NCBI GenBank assembly: GCA_964234715.1 | Contig: OZ174279.1 | Direction: 5' to 3' (one strand) | DNA: 64,000 nt | Source: Podarcis melisellensis | Lineage: Eukaryota | Part shown: positions 26,811 through 40,013 of the stretch, in pieces | Numbering within the stretch: the first letter of the stretch is position 1 | How the letters are laid out: every line of letters starts with the position of its first letter | Notes under the pieces: generated by a model | What the model was told of the DNA's origin: nothing | Seen by the model: the letters and a program-made list of their open reading frames with translations, nothing else | Database searches by the model: none | Made by a program: the position numbers and the translations under genes

Positions 26811-29800
26811 TGACCTAAAGAGCCTTCCAGCATTTTGACGGATGAGGCTGGCCTGACCTTGTGTTATAAATTGCTGTTCAAGGCTATATGCCAGCTAGAA
26901 CATGGTTTGGCTTTCCAAAAGATTAGTCATGTATTATTGATTCAAATGATTGTGGTCCTGAGGTTGTCTGATTAAAAAAGAAAAGAAAAAAGTTTCAGAA
27001 TGGATGCAGCTGCAACTTTTAAAATATTTTGCCTTCACCTCTTCAGTCCATGGTTAAAACAATTTATTTTATAACTAAATATAAAATAAACTCCTGTGAT
27101 GCTGCTCTTCAGGAACAAGCAAAACAAAATATTTTTTGTACAACTTGTAACTGTTCAGGAAGTATTCTTTTGTATCCTTATTGAAAATGGCAGTGCCCAT
27201 TTGTATCTTGTTTTGTTTATAATTTGTATTGTAACCAATTGGGAAAAAATTGAATTCCGTTCATTGTAATTAGCAGTGTGATCTCAAAGTCTATCTTTAA
27301 AAAATGTTCGCTTTAAGCATCACAGCAGTACAGCTGTCTTGTCCCCACCAAGTTTAAACATTCCTAGTTGCTGAAGGAAAGTTTGCAGAGCATTACTAAT
27401 TCCTGATCTATGCTGCTGCAGGGGGTTTGGGTATGGTGGATATTTCCCTTCTGCCCAGCTCTACTTGATCCTGCCAACAGAATGTGATAGGCATAAGGCC
27501 CTGAAATGAGGCAGAGCGGACAAAGGGTGTGCTGGCCTGGGTCCTAACCTGGACAAGCAGACAGAGGGATGTGATTTGGGACTCTGTGCTGCACTAAAGC
27601 AGGTCCTCAGTTACAGAGGGGGTTGTGTCACTCCATTCAACCACACAACTTCCAGGCTGGGAGTTAGGATTGCCCTTAAAACTTGCTTTTCTATTCCAGA
27701 AGGCTATGAGTGGAAGATGTAAAATCAAAATGGAAAAAAGTTCATTACTTCCATTCAGTACAAACCCATGCTTGTTAAGTGTGTGCTTATGACTCACACA
27801 TCAGTACTTGAAAAACATATATTGCTTTCAACAACAATAAGAGAAAGCAATGTACAATCAATACATTAGCAAACACAAGAATCTAATAAAACAGCAACAA
27901 TCATAGTAGCCAGCGGAAAAACCACTAACCTCGAATTCCTCAGTAGTCTTATAAAAAAGTACGTGAACCAGAAACTTAAATGGATGCTCTGAAGCCTACT
28001 AATACATGTATATCTTCACAAACTCTCCAGAACCCTACAAGGATTTATAAAAGGATAATGATTCAAATTTCTGCTAAACAGGAATCCCTTATGGAAGCTT
28101 CCACTTGTCCTCCTGAGAAGATATGAACAGATTTTAACAAAGATACAAACTTGTATCATTCAGTCCCTCTAAGGATCCATCCCCTTACAGATGAAAGTAT
28201 TTCCATCTCTCATGCACGTCAAAATATACACATGGGTTTAACTGTCCCTTTGATCATTTAGCCTGGCCTTTTCTGAACAGTAGAGGCTCAGAGAAGATTT
28301 CTTCTTCAATTTCCTCTGTAGTCCCTTGAAAATCTGCTCCTGTGGGTTGGGGGACACTTGGAAGTGGGGGTTGGGGGGGAAATGCCCTCTCATGTGAACA
28401 GAAGAGCAACTTGGGATCTGAGCCCAAAAACTTACTCTGTTGACTTCTGCTAATAGTGCAAATTTCAGACATTTTCAGAATTCTTCAGACACTGGCTGAT
28501 TTTTCCCCCTCTCAGCAACTCTGACATCATTTAATTGACAAAGTTGGACAGAGCAGTATTTAAACGTTGCCACCTGTCTAGTTTTTGACCTGATTACCCA
28601 GTTCCTAGGCTTCTCGTCTGGTTTTCAGACATCTCTTTGTCCCCCCCCCACTACTTTCCCCCCTTTACTGTAACGTGTGTACTATGAATATGAGCTAAGG
28701 AGGGGTTTTTTTGGAGAAGCAGTGTATGCCTGCATTTCCTCTGGCTGGGGCTTTGTCTGGATGTCAGTAGGAACAAAAGAGAGGGACTGGAAAAGCAGGT
28801 CTCATCCCTGATGCAGCAAAAGCAACTTTTGGGTACTGGGTTTGATCTTTTTTATAGCAACTTATAAAGGATGCTTGAATGGCCTCAATAAACAATCCAT
28901 TGTATAATTCTGGGTATTTTATTTCATATCACTTTCTCAGGGAGCACACTGTTTCCCTTTTTACAAAATGAGGTTCTTAATTAAAATAAGTTTCGATGTA
29001 ATTCCCAGGATTAACATTGTTTGCTCCTTTTTCAAAAGCATAGCAATGAGTTGCAGTGCACAGTTCTTTCCTCCCCCCATTCCCTCCTTTTTTGCAAGTG
29101 CTTAATTGGACCAAGAGATTGAAGTGCTCCTTTGCCCCCACTGAATCACTGCTTCATAGGCAGAGATATGAATGTTGTGTGCTCTGCTATTGCTCCTCAA
29201 GTGCTTTTGCCTGTCTGGAATGTATCCTTGCACTGTGACAATGGCTCTTGCTTGCCTTAATGGAGGGTTATGCGTGCTTAGAAACCCAATGCTTTGGCAT
29301 TGCTGGCATGAAGCCTCCTGTCAGATCCATTGCCTCACCCACCTTTGCCTCTTGTTTGACCCACTGGCATGTAACCTCACCCTCCAGGCTGGAGAAGGTC
29401 CACCTTCATCACCCTATTTGTTCTGCTGACTGATGAAGCTCCAGCCGAATGGCCCAGCCACTTGTTTTGTGGGGAGAAATGTGTTCCTCAAACGGGGGGT
29501 TTTTTGGGGGGGGCATGCTGTGGTCTTTGTGTGGCTGGTCTGCTTGCCCATGCTTAATAATCAGCCTGTCTGAAAATACTACGGATACTTGAAAAAACAA
29601 ATGTTAATAAGACACAAGACTACTAAAAAAAAAATTAAAACTCCATATTCAGATTTGTTGTAGCTGTAAAACACTTGCCTGAAAATAGGTCGCCGTTTTC
29701 TGAATGCAGCTTGAGATATGGCAAGGCTCCAGTGGAAGAATGCTAAGAATTGCTATAGCCATACCCTTGTAGTATGAACTTGGTCTGCTGATGGAATAAT

Positions 29801-30805
29801 CAAGACAGCATTTTCCTGGAGATTGCAAATGAGGGAGGAGGTATGCTAGATATGTTGGATCTAATACAAGCAAAATTTTGTATGATAGAACCAGTGCCTT
29901 GACTTTTGCTCAGGCGAGTTCAGAAAAAGCTACTGAAGTTTCAGAGCATATCTCGGTTGAGAGGCAAACTCCATGAACTACACAAGCTGCAGCCCTGAAC
30001 CTGCCATGCTGGGGGAATGTTTGCTATAATGACGTTTTACTAATGCAAAAGAAAACTATTTGCTAATACAGTGCTAAAGTGAAACATAATTGCTCCTTAT
30101 GTACAATAGATGTCCCAATCTAGCCATAGTAACCTGCCTGTAGAAACAGGTTCTATGTGCGGACCTGCTTTAGGAGAGGTTCAGGAGGCCGCTGGACAAG
30201 GAAAGTGTGTTTTTGTTCAGCATCCTGCAATAGACTGGTGGTCCGTTGGTCAACTTTTTTTTTTAATACCCAATTGCTCCATCAAAAATGTTTGCAAGTT
30301 GTAAGATACAAGGATTCCACATGTTAATGTCACATCTCCCTTTCTTGGATTTGTAACTACACATAAACATATTTATATGTAACACATTATACCTAAGGCT
30401 CTAACCACTCGTGCCATTTATTTTATAATTGCTCTTGAATGCATGTTCCTCTGCTCAAACAACAACAAAATTGCTACCATGGAACCCACTCTTCTGAATT
30501 GAGGCCCTAGCATGGAAAGGGTGGGGAGTAGGGAGGTTTTAACCATTTGCAATCATCCAAATCTGGGTCATGTCCCTTCTGCCTTCCATTGACATAGGAA
30601 ATAAGCTCTCATTAAAACAGGAGATTTGAAGCAAATTGCTACTATGGAAGCCAATGGGCCCCATTAGGACCATAGTGGGGGACAAAGTGGGGCCAAAGTG
30701 GGGCCCTATTGTCACCTAATCCAGATTGGGCACTTCATGCTGATAGGGGCTTTTTTGGGGTGTGTGTGAAGGGCTTGTACTTTGGGGTAAACTACAAAGT
30801 AAAGT

Positions 30806-30878
30806 GTGGAAGACAGAAGTGCCTGGCGTGCTCTGGTCCATGGGTTCACGAAGAGTCGGACACGACTAAACAACAACA
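30806..30878 (+). mobile_element. Extremely 5'-truncated RTE-BovB-type retroposon
   Basis: gcctggcgtgctctggtccatgggttcacgaagagtcggacacgactaaacaacaacaa; 12-bp TSD ACAAAGTAAAGT at 30794-30805 and 30879-30890. Confidence 0.88.
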
Positions 30879-33487
30879 ACAAAGTAAAGTTTTTTTGTAA
30901 TACATTTTTACCCATTTTCAATTACAGTCCAATAATAGCCTCATTTATAACAATATAAATTTATAATACAATTATTAATACCAATCATTCAAATACCAGT
31001 AAATAAACTGTTGTCACCATTTTCTCTCTCAGCCTGGAAAGAAAAGTGGTCTATCAAACTGCAGATGACTCAGTAAAGAAATATAGTTCCTTGGTAGCTC
31101 ACAGTCTCCTTTCATCCTTCCTTCCAGCTGAAGATATATGAGCAAATATACTTCAAATTAAATTAAATTCCAAGTCCTCTTAGCATTATTCGATTCACTT
31201 TGTAGATAATAAAGGATGGGGAAGAACCAGCTCTATGTTTCCATCTAAACCTTTTGCAAAATAGAGCTTCCCTCCTTTTTTCCTTTTGTTTACACACAGA
31301 GTTTTGTTTGATGTTATATTCCATATTTATAATCCAATTTATTCCATCCTCACTTGTACAAATATAATTTGAACCAACATTCAGAGGAGGGCTGCTGAAT
31401 CATAAATGTAGAGAAGAAAACATTAAATAAAGAAACAGTAGCCTCCCCTCCCCCACCATCTTTTGCATCTAATGAAGTCTTACCTCAAGTTCAAACCTTG
31501 AAGTCCTTGCAGTTGGCTTGTTCCGCAGTTTGTGATCTCATCTCTTCTAGCACATGCCTGTACTTTAGTCCAATTAAACTCTAATTAACAGGAGAATCTC
31601 TGCTTCTTAATGGTGGCATTGGAGGGTTTTCAGCAAGTGAAGTGCTTTCACATTCAGTGCCCCCCTGCCCCGCCCCCCCACATTCCATGCCCGAGCGAGA
31701 GCCAGGTACTGAGACAAACTGAGTCTCCTGGAGGGAATGTGCAAGGATGATTGTTACCCTGAATCATCCTTGTTTTTCCTTCGCCAATGATCTCCCGCTG
31801 TCATGGGGGCTGCCTCCATTAAGGCAGAGCGGAACTGGAAGCCACAAAGTAAAGTATCTTGTGTACTTTAGCCTTGCGTGTACGTGCACCATAGCTGCAG
31901 AGTGCTTGCTGCTAGATCGTGCCAAATTTATTATGAGGTTGACTTTCCCAGTCCTTGGACTACTGCATGGGGAATAGAGTGAACTTCTGAGACCACAGTA
32001 GTTGGCCATTCTTGGTCTAGATGATTAATTGTAGTATGAAGTTCTCTGTCTCTCAATGTGGCCCTTAGGCTGAACTCCCCCCCCCCCCCCCAAAGTTCTG
32101 GCATGCCAAAGAAAAACAAAAAAAAATACAAAGCGAAACACTGATGAACTCTTTCAGCACATGCTAACTGGCTCATGTATATGTGTGCAGCATCCCATTG
32201 AAAAAAGTGAAGCAAGTAAGCTAAAGCCAACTCTGGCCTTGCTACTTTCTACCTGTGCACATATCAGAGGAAGATGCATTCATATTGATTTCTAAATTTA
32301 GAGCAAGCCTTGGGAGTGAGTGGACAATTCATTAATTCAGGTGCATACTTTTAAAACGTTGTTTTGATTGAAAACTTGATTATCCTTTCTGTTACACAAA
32401 CGTTGCTGAATTATTACCAAAAGCTTATTATGCCAGATTTAGGAGAAACACATGGCTGGAAGTAGACTTTCAATGTGCTTGCTGAATTCCAGGAATAAGA
32501 TGTTGTAAATGGGATCTTGGATTTCAAACATGTATCCAGATAAATTTGTAGCTAGTTGTGAAACAAACATAAAATGATTAAACTCCTAGGCACTCATTTT
32601 AGTTTGCTTTCAAATTTGACTAAGATTTACAAAGCTTCAGCGCTGTGTAGGAGCTGTGTTTTCCATCTGTCTGTTCGTATTTTAGGTTTTTTGTTTTGGT
32701 CTTGTAGGCTATTTTGTATTTATTTATTGAGACATTTCATGGAGACAGCTGGCTCTTTGTGCCTACAGCAATGATCTCTGGTGTACTGAATATTAACACT
32801 CATCAAACATTCTCTTTCACTAGAACATCCTACTAAATGGAATAGCTGCATCCTGTTTTCCAAAAGCTAAATGTCAAAAATTTACATAAAGCCCAAATGT
32901 GGGTGCACATTTTTGTTATCACATTGAGTCCCATTTTCCTTTGACCATTTTATTTCCCTTCAGCATGGTTTCCTGGCCATCAAAGTAGAGGTACCCGTAA
33001 TTATGAAAGCCCCATGTTTTATCTATTATGTTATTAATTTAATTGGCAAAATGAGTAAGAATTTACCTTTCAAATCAAAGCAGGTAAATATAGATAGAAA
33101 GTAGGTCATGGATAAAGAGTTGGTCACATTGGCTTGGTTCAGACCAACCACCAGACCACACTTTAGTGCTATATGAATGTGCCTCAAACTCCCACATCCC
33201 CTCAACTCACATGCTGTGATTGCTTTCCTTACCACTTGCTTACAAACCATAGTTTGCCATTACATGTGAACCAAGCAAACCATGGTTTGGCAACATACAG
33301 GAGAGAGTTGGATTCACAGTGCACAAGGAGAAGAGTATCTATGTGAGGGTGAGGCTGGTTCATGTCCTGCTGAGCTACGGTTTGGTGTTAAATCTGAACT
33401 GAACTAGCATCCTCTTAAAATCCTGATAGTTCAGTTTTATTAACAAAACATAATTTATATTTTTAGACATATTTAATCTTGGCTAAA

Positions 33488-33795
33488 GGACGCGGGTGGT
33501 GCTGTGGGTTAAACCACAGAGCCTAGGGCTTGCCAGTCAGAAGGTTGGTGGTTCGAATCGCCACGACAGGGTGAGCTCCCGTTGCTCGGTCCCTGCTCCT
33601 GCCAACCTAGCAGTTCGAAAGCACGAAGTGCAAATAGATAAATAGGCACCGCTCTGGCAGTAAGGTAAACAGTGTTTCCGTGTGCTGCTCTGGTTCGCCA
33701 GAAGCAGCTTAGTCATGCTGGCCACATGACCTAGAAGCTGTCATAACCCCAGAGTCATCCATGACTGGACCTAATGGTCAGGGGTCCCTTTACCT
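33488..33795 (+). mobile_element. Sauria SINE, full 5' end, internal deletion near the 3' end
   Basis: ggacgcgggtggtgctgtgg A-box region, GGTTCGAATC B-box, tail ccctttacct; about 40 bp missing relative to the 26249 copy. Confidence 0.92.
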
Positions 33796-35502
33796 AATGT
33801 GAGTTGCTCATGCAGGCAACCCAAGGGAGCCCTCACTACAGGCATTGAAATAGGTTGAGCCAGTGCTGATGGTCCACAGCCTGACTGGTGAGGGTGTGGA
33901 ACAGGATGCAGAACAGTGCACTTCATTACTCCACCCTCTTAAGTGAGAATCCCCTGTACGCAGTTTAAGGGTTAAGTTGCCACATTAACAAAGGCTAATG
34001 CTAATCAGGATTTGCTCTTAGTTAAGCTTTCTTTTAACTGAGGTTTGACGCAAGTTCAGAATCCTGCTTAAGAGAAAAAACCTAGCAAGTGGTAACTGTG
34101 GCTAACATTAATGGCAACAAATAACTCTTAAGGATGCATAATGCCAGTGGGTAGAATTAGTGGTATAAAGGGGAATCCTGTGGTTGTTGTGTGATCCCTT
34201 AAACACCATTAAAGATGGACCCAATTATGTCTGCAGGAGCTTATATTACTATTATTATAATATAATATTATTATATTATATTCAAGTTTTCTCACTTTTC
34301 ACCTAAGTTACTCTATTTGAGACAGGGTCTGTGATGAGCCTAGTCCTGTCTGTTTCATTATCCCCACTGCATATCTTGCCTTCTTAGAAATTATTTCCAG
34401 CATTGTTCCATATATTGTATCTGAGGCTCCTGAGCAGAACCTTTGTAAGGCAGACCCTTTAATGCTGGAATTCATTTGCTATAGAAATGCCCAGATCCCC
34501 ATTTTTCATCAGCTACTGAGTATCTGTCATTCCTGGGTTATTTTAGTCATTTGGCACTGCTCTCCTTGGTTTATTTCCCTTCCTGTCTCGTCAGAAAGCT
34601 TTCTTCCTCATTGATTTTGAAGATCAATAAATGCTTCTCAAATATTTCCACTGATGTAACTTCCAGACAGCTTTGATGGAGCAAATGCAAAATGCATGTT
34701 AGGAAGCCCACTGGTAATATTTGGTATTTTTAAGGGTAGCTTCTTTTGCAGCTTGCCAAGTTTTAATTAAACTTCATGCCAGCCATCTTTGATGGAATAT
34801 TATAACCATTGCAAAAGTTAGGGTTGAGAAATTGTGGTTAAATACTATTCACCATGACTATTGCAGCTGAGAATAGAACCGTTAAGTCACGAGTTGTCAA
34901 CACCTACTTTAAGCAGTACACTCACTTTTCTTTACCAAGAAAAGTTCTATTTTCCTGCTTTTCTTGCCGATGTTTTGTAGCAGCTGCTACCACTATAGTT
35001 GTGAAGATGTTCGGCTGATTCATACACCACTGACTGTGGTTTACAATTTAGCAGGGAAAAGACTTCCTGTTTAGAGCCAAGCTATTCCTGCATGAAGGAA
35101 CAAACATGACTGCATTCTTTATTTTTTATTTAAAAAAATAATTAAAAGGGACTAGCCTAGCCAAGAACTGGACTAAGAACTGTGAATCCCCGGTTCAAAT
35201 CTTAACTCAGAGCTGTTTCATCCATTACAATTTCCAACATGGAATTGTAGTGTAGGAAAAAAGTATGTACATTTTCACATTTGAAGTGCAATGAGTTTTT
35301 CTGCTGAGACACACCAGAAAATAAACTTTAGCCACACTTAAAATAGCTTTATGCTGTCATATTTTTCCTCCTTCCACCCCATCCCTATTTTGTTTTGTGC
35401 CATGTATTTAAAAGCAGGGTCTATCTTGTTTTTATTACTATTATTGATCTGCAAACTGCTCAGGGGGGTTTCTTTTGGCTGAGAAGTAGAGCAAAAATGC
35501 TA

Positions 35503-35539
35503 CAAACAAACAAACAAACAAACAAACAAACAAACAAAC
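35503..35539. repeat. (CAAA)n microsatellite
   Basis: About 9 tandem units. Confidence 0.95.
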
Positions 35540-38162
35540 CACTCACATTGAATGAATTTATCCTATGTAGAGATCAAAGAAGTGCCCATTCATTAGTTAT
35601 CCAAAGCTTTTGTTTTCATATAGCAGGTGTTAAGCAAGACATTAGAAATAAAGGCTGTGTTCATGGAAACAGACACAAATACTATTTTCTGTAGTGGTTG
35701 TTCAGGACTAAGCAGCCTTATTATTTACAAATAATGAAGAGTGCATCCTCTTGTGTTTTACAATGTTACATAAGGTTTTCTTATGTGCCTGTCAATCTGG
35801 TTTCAATTCACATCTCCTGGCAGATAAAGCAGAGCCAGGGAGAAGCACTGCAGATTTGGGATTGTAACTAAAATTATTAAATGGTTTATTGATATACATT
35901 AGAAAACAGAAAAAGAAATATGTGAATGGACCATATAAGAACATAAAGGAACATCCATCAAAGCTCTGCAAGAGGGATGGCCTATCTGTGATCCTCCAGA
36001 TATTGAATTGCATCTCCCCTCAGACCCAGCTAGCAATGCCATGGTCAATGATGTAGTGCAGCAACACCTGGAGCCATAGCCCAGCACCCTAGCATCCCTG
36101 CTGTATAGTGTAAACAAAGCAGTACAATATCACTAGAATCATCATCATCAAGCCTATGCAGTGCGAATAACAGCATAACCATAAGAAAATTCACAAACCA
36201 ACTATAATTTGCATAAGAATAATTAGCAAAGCTCCCAGTAAAGAAATCTGAATAAGAATAAAGCGAGGACCTATTTGTCTCTCCAGCCCATTTCAGTTTA
36301 AAGCGCAGTGGTCCTTGTGTTGTAGCAAGCTTCTCTACACATGGAAAAGTAAGCTGTTTGAGGCTCTCCAAGTATAACTTAAAAAATTCCCAAGTTAAAC
36401 AGCTTGACTAACAGTGCTGCTGCTACTTAGGAGAAGGTTGGAGTGAACATGTGTCTTCTGCAAGATCTATTACAGAGAACTTTCCTTTTATTATGCACAG
36501 AGAATTCAGACTATTACTTCCATAGATTTATTACTTAAATATATTTTTTATGGATTGGTAACACTGTTCAACAGCTTCTGTACATACATTATTTGAAACA
36601 TGAATGATTATATCCAATCAGCTTTCCCTTTAGTTCTCTCTAATCCTGGTGAAACATCCTATGTTGCATTTAAATAATTGCTCCTGTTTTCCCAAACACT
36701 ATAATTACTTTCCTTACCCAAACTGTGAACTTGCATCTGAAATGTAACCATTATGAAGAGTAATATGTTAAAAAATAAGGACTAAAAGAGAAAAGGAGTG
36801 CCAATGTTAGCTTTTCCTTTCCGGGGGGTGGCGGGGAATCCCTGGCATTGCTTTCATACTGAAGTCATACATAACTTTGGTTTCTGTGCAGAAAACGAGG
36901 TATGCTCTGGCTTCATGAACAAACTGGCACTGATCTTATAATGCTGTTCTTTCTCATTGTCTTTTAAACTTTTTCTTTAAGGTCTATGGAGACCAGAATC
37001 TCTTCCATGGGGCTGTGGACTTTCTGTTTTTCAGAAGCTATCCATGTTGCCACACAGAAATCTATTGACCCTCTATGCACATCACCATAAACCAGGGTTG
37101 CCAACTTTTCTGGGCCTGCGGGCACATTTGCTAACTGAACAAACTGCTGTGGATGCCACAGACATGCCACAACCTAGCACATACCACAGCTTATTCTATT
37201 AGCTACAGCAGAATGTTTTTTCACACCTCCTTTCTATTTTCAACAGGGGGAGGGGACCCTGCAGGCAGTAGGGAAAGCCTCTATGGACCCCTGCCACAAA
37301 CCAGACACAATGGCTAAGACCCAGACTAAGTACTCACTGGTTTCAGTGGGAACTAAATTAAGTCTTAAAGACGTAATTTGTCCCAATGACTTCAGTGGGG
37401 CCTATGCACAACAAATTTAGTCTGCTTTGTGTCTGGAAAAGTACTCTGGAGTAAGAGGGAAGCCTAGATGTTCTCATCATCTGTAACACATACAAAGAAA
37501 TGTATCTATTTTCTACATTTTTTTGGGTGATGAACAAGGAACTTGCTGTTGATGGAAACCAAAACCTGAACATAAAGACTTATAGTGTTAATATTTAACT
37601 TTGAATAATGCAGTAGTGAGTGCTTTTGGTCGCTAGGTCTATTGAGTGTTTTTGGCATTGCATTTCTCTTATTCAAGGCCTGTTGGTGCACATGCAGTTC
37701 CAACCCACTTTCAACTTATGTGTAGGATGGAATATGCTTAAAAGGCTCTTACCCATGTGCTGGGCAGTGAGTGTGCAAAATCAAGAGCTGTGGTAGTGGC
37801 CAAGTGGGTGATCTATCAGTCAGTAGGTTTTGGTTCAAATGTGGCCTTTGTCATTAACATGCTAGACAAGCCACTCTCTTGTCAGCCTAGGCTCCTCTCC
37901 CATTTTACGTATGAGATAATAATGGCCAATCTTACAACTTTGTTGTAAAAGTTATATTGTATCAGTATTAATTATTATTATGTGCATCCCACATTGCCAC
38001 AATTTGAGGTGTTTCTGAAGGATAGCCTTCAGTACAACAACTCTAGCAAAGTGTCTCTAGCAAAATATTAGCATAATGTCCATGAAATCTAATGCCATGG
38101 TAAATCTCTTCATCACTAAGGAGCTTTAAGATTCACCTAAAATGTGTGCATGTATATGTAAC

Positions 38163-38404
38163 TGTTAAGTTGTGGGTGAACATATCAGACGACACAGTGA
38201 TTCTTCAAACAGCTCTTGTTTATTCAGAGGCCAGAACAGAACTGAAGGGTTCAGTCAGCCTGCTTATATAGAGCTCCAGTACAACGTAACTGTAACAATT
38301 TTCTAAAACTATCCAATCACTGAACGTCACTTTCGACCCCTTATTTGCATAACTATCTACAGTATCCTCCTGCTGGCCCAGGGTGAGAACTTCAGTACAT
38401 AACA
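38163..38404 (-). mobile_element. Solo LTR (242 bp)
   Basis: TGTTA...TAACA termini; perfect 5-bp TSD GTAAC at 38158-38162 and 38405-38409; TATA box then AATAAA in order on the minus strand. Confidence 0.88.
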
Positions 38405-39004
38405 GTAACAGAGACTGAAGGTGTGCATTGGCAAGATCTTGCAAATTAAACTAGGGCAGACTAAGATGACCCAATCTCACTGCTCACAAGACATCCAATG
38501 AGATCATTGCTGAGACTTGGTGAGTCCTGCTTAATTTTAGTCTGGGAACACTAAAACAGATGGAGAGAAATGCTGTGGATTAAAATGAAAAGGAAAAAAA
38601 AACTTTATAAAAGATGAATGGCTATGGACAGCTGGTAAACTGTGCTCCTTTGCATTTGCTACTTTTTATTTCTCTCTTCTTCCTGCCATGATTCTAGACT
38701 GACAAAGAGCAAGGATGGGGACTGGGAGAATGGTGTGCAACAGTAACATCTTTTCCCATGCTGAGAGACACTCTGAGGAAAGCACTGTCTCCTGAGAAAA
38801 TAGCTTGAAAAATTGTGAGGTCCTTTCATTTGTTTTCAGCGAGGAACTTGAGAATGTGTTTCTTAACTGCTCACAGAGTTCCATTATGAAAGTCCTAGCA
38901 ATCTGTGTATGTAGAAGGCAAGATGTTTTCCATTAGATCAGTTTCTCTCCCCCACAACATCTGTTGCAAAATTGTGTTATACAACTCAAATGGTTTGCGC
39001 AAGA

Positions 39005-39790
39005 ATAACGTAAGATACACAAGAAAAGCCCTTCTGGATCTAACCAAAGGTACATCTAGCCCCAGCATCCTGTTTCTAACAGTGGATAGCCAGATGCTTC
39101 TCGGGTAGCTTGGAAGCAAGGCATGAAAGCAGCAGCCCTGCCCTGCCCACTCCACCCCAAGATACACTGCTCCACACCTTTATTTAATATTCATGATCGT
39201 AGCTGTTGGTAGGTTGGTAGACAACTCTTAAAGTTGTCTAAGCCAGCATCTTGCCATTTTTATCTTCTGGAAGAGAATTCCATAAGTTAAGCATGTGTTG
39301 TTTGAAAAAGTCTTTTTTAAAAATCCTTTATTGAATATACTGCTAATCAGTTTCACTAGATAACCCTGAGATGTAGTATTAAGACAGATGGAGGGCAAAC
39401 CCCTTTTTCCAACCGCTTTATCCACAGGCAGATATAATTTTATAAATCTTTTATTACCTGTTGAATTAGCCTTTCCTCTGAGGAAAGATACTCCAAATCC
39501 TGATCTTACTGGTTGCCCTCTTCTCCAGCTTTATGGTATGCACTTTGAGGTGGGTTCAGTAGAACTGTACAGAGTATTCTAATATGGCATTAGTATGTAT
39601 CTTAGCTGTCTTATTTTCACCTCTTTCCTAATAATTCCTAACATGGAACTTGCCTTTTTCACTGTCAATGCATACTCAGAGTTGACAAGTTATTAAGCTG
39701 TTCAACATGACCAAGAGCTCTTTCCTGGACAGTCACCATCAATTCAGACCCTTAAACCTATAGAAGAAGCTAAATGTTTTGCATCTTTGT
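39005..39790 (-). mobile_element. Degenerate CR1 LINE 3' region
   Basis: aagaaaagcccttctggatctaaccaaaggtacatctagccccagcatcctgtt is a typical reverse-complemented squamate CR1 tail; decayed ORF2-like sequence follows. Confidence 0.5.
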
Positions 39791-40013
39791 GGTTCATTTT
39801 ACACATCTCTTCAATCTCTAGTAATCCCTGTACATATTTGTTATCAAGCAGTCCAGCTTGTTTTGGTTTTTTGTTTTCCTTCTGAAATAATTTTTTGTTG
39901 CTTTAGTCATATGCACCTCAAATTCATTTTGAGATTTTTGTTGTTGTTGACTTACATTTGTTTTATCAGAGTGTATGATCTTTCCCTGTCTCTCTTCCCC
40001 CCACCTCTAATTT

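Noticed and set aside
27780-28200. Possible LINE or captured coding fragment
   Set aside because: No convincing motif in any frame by eye; cannot support a call.
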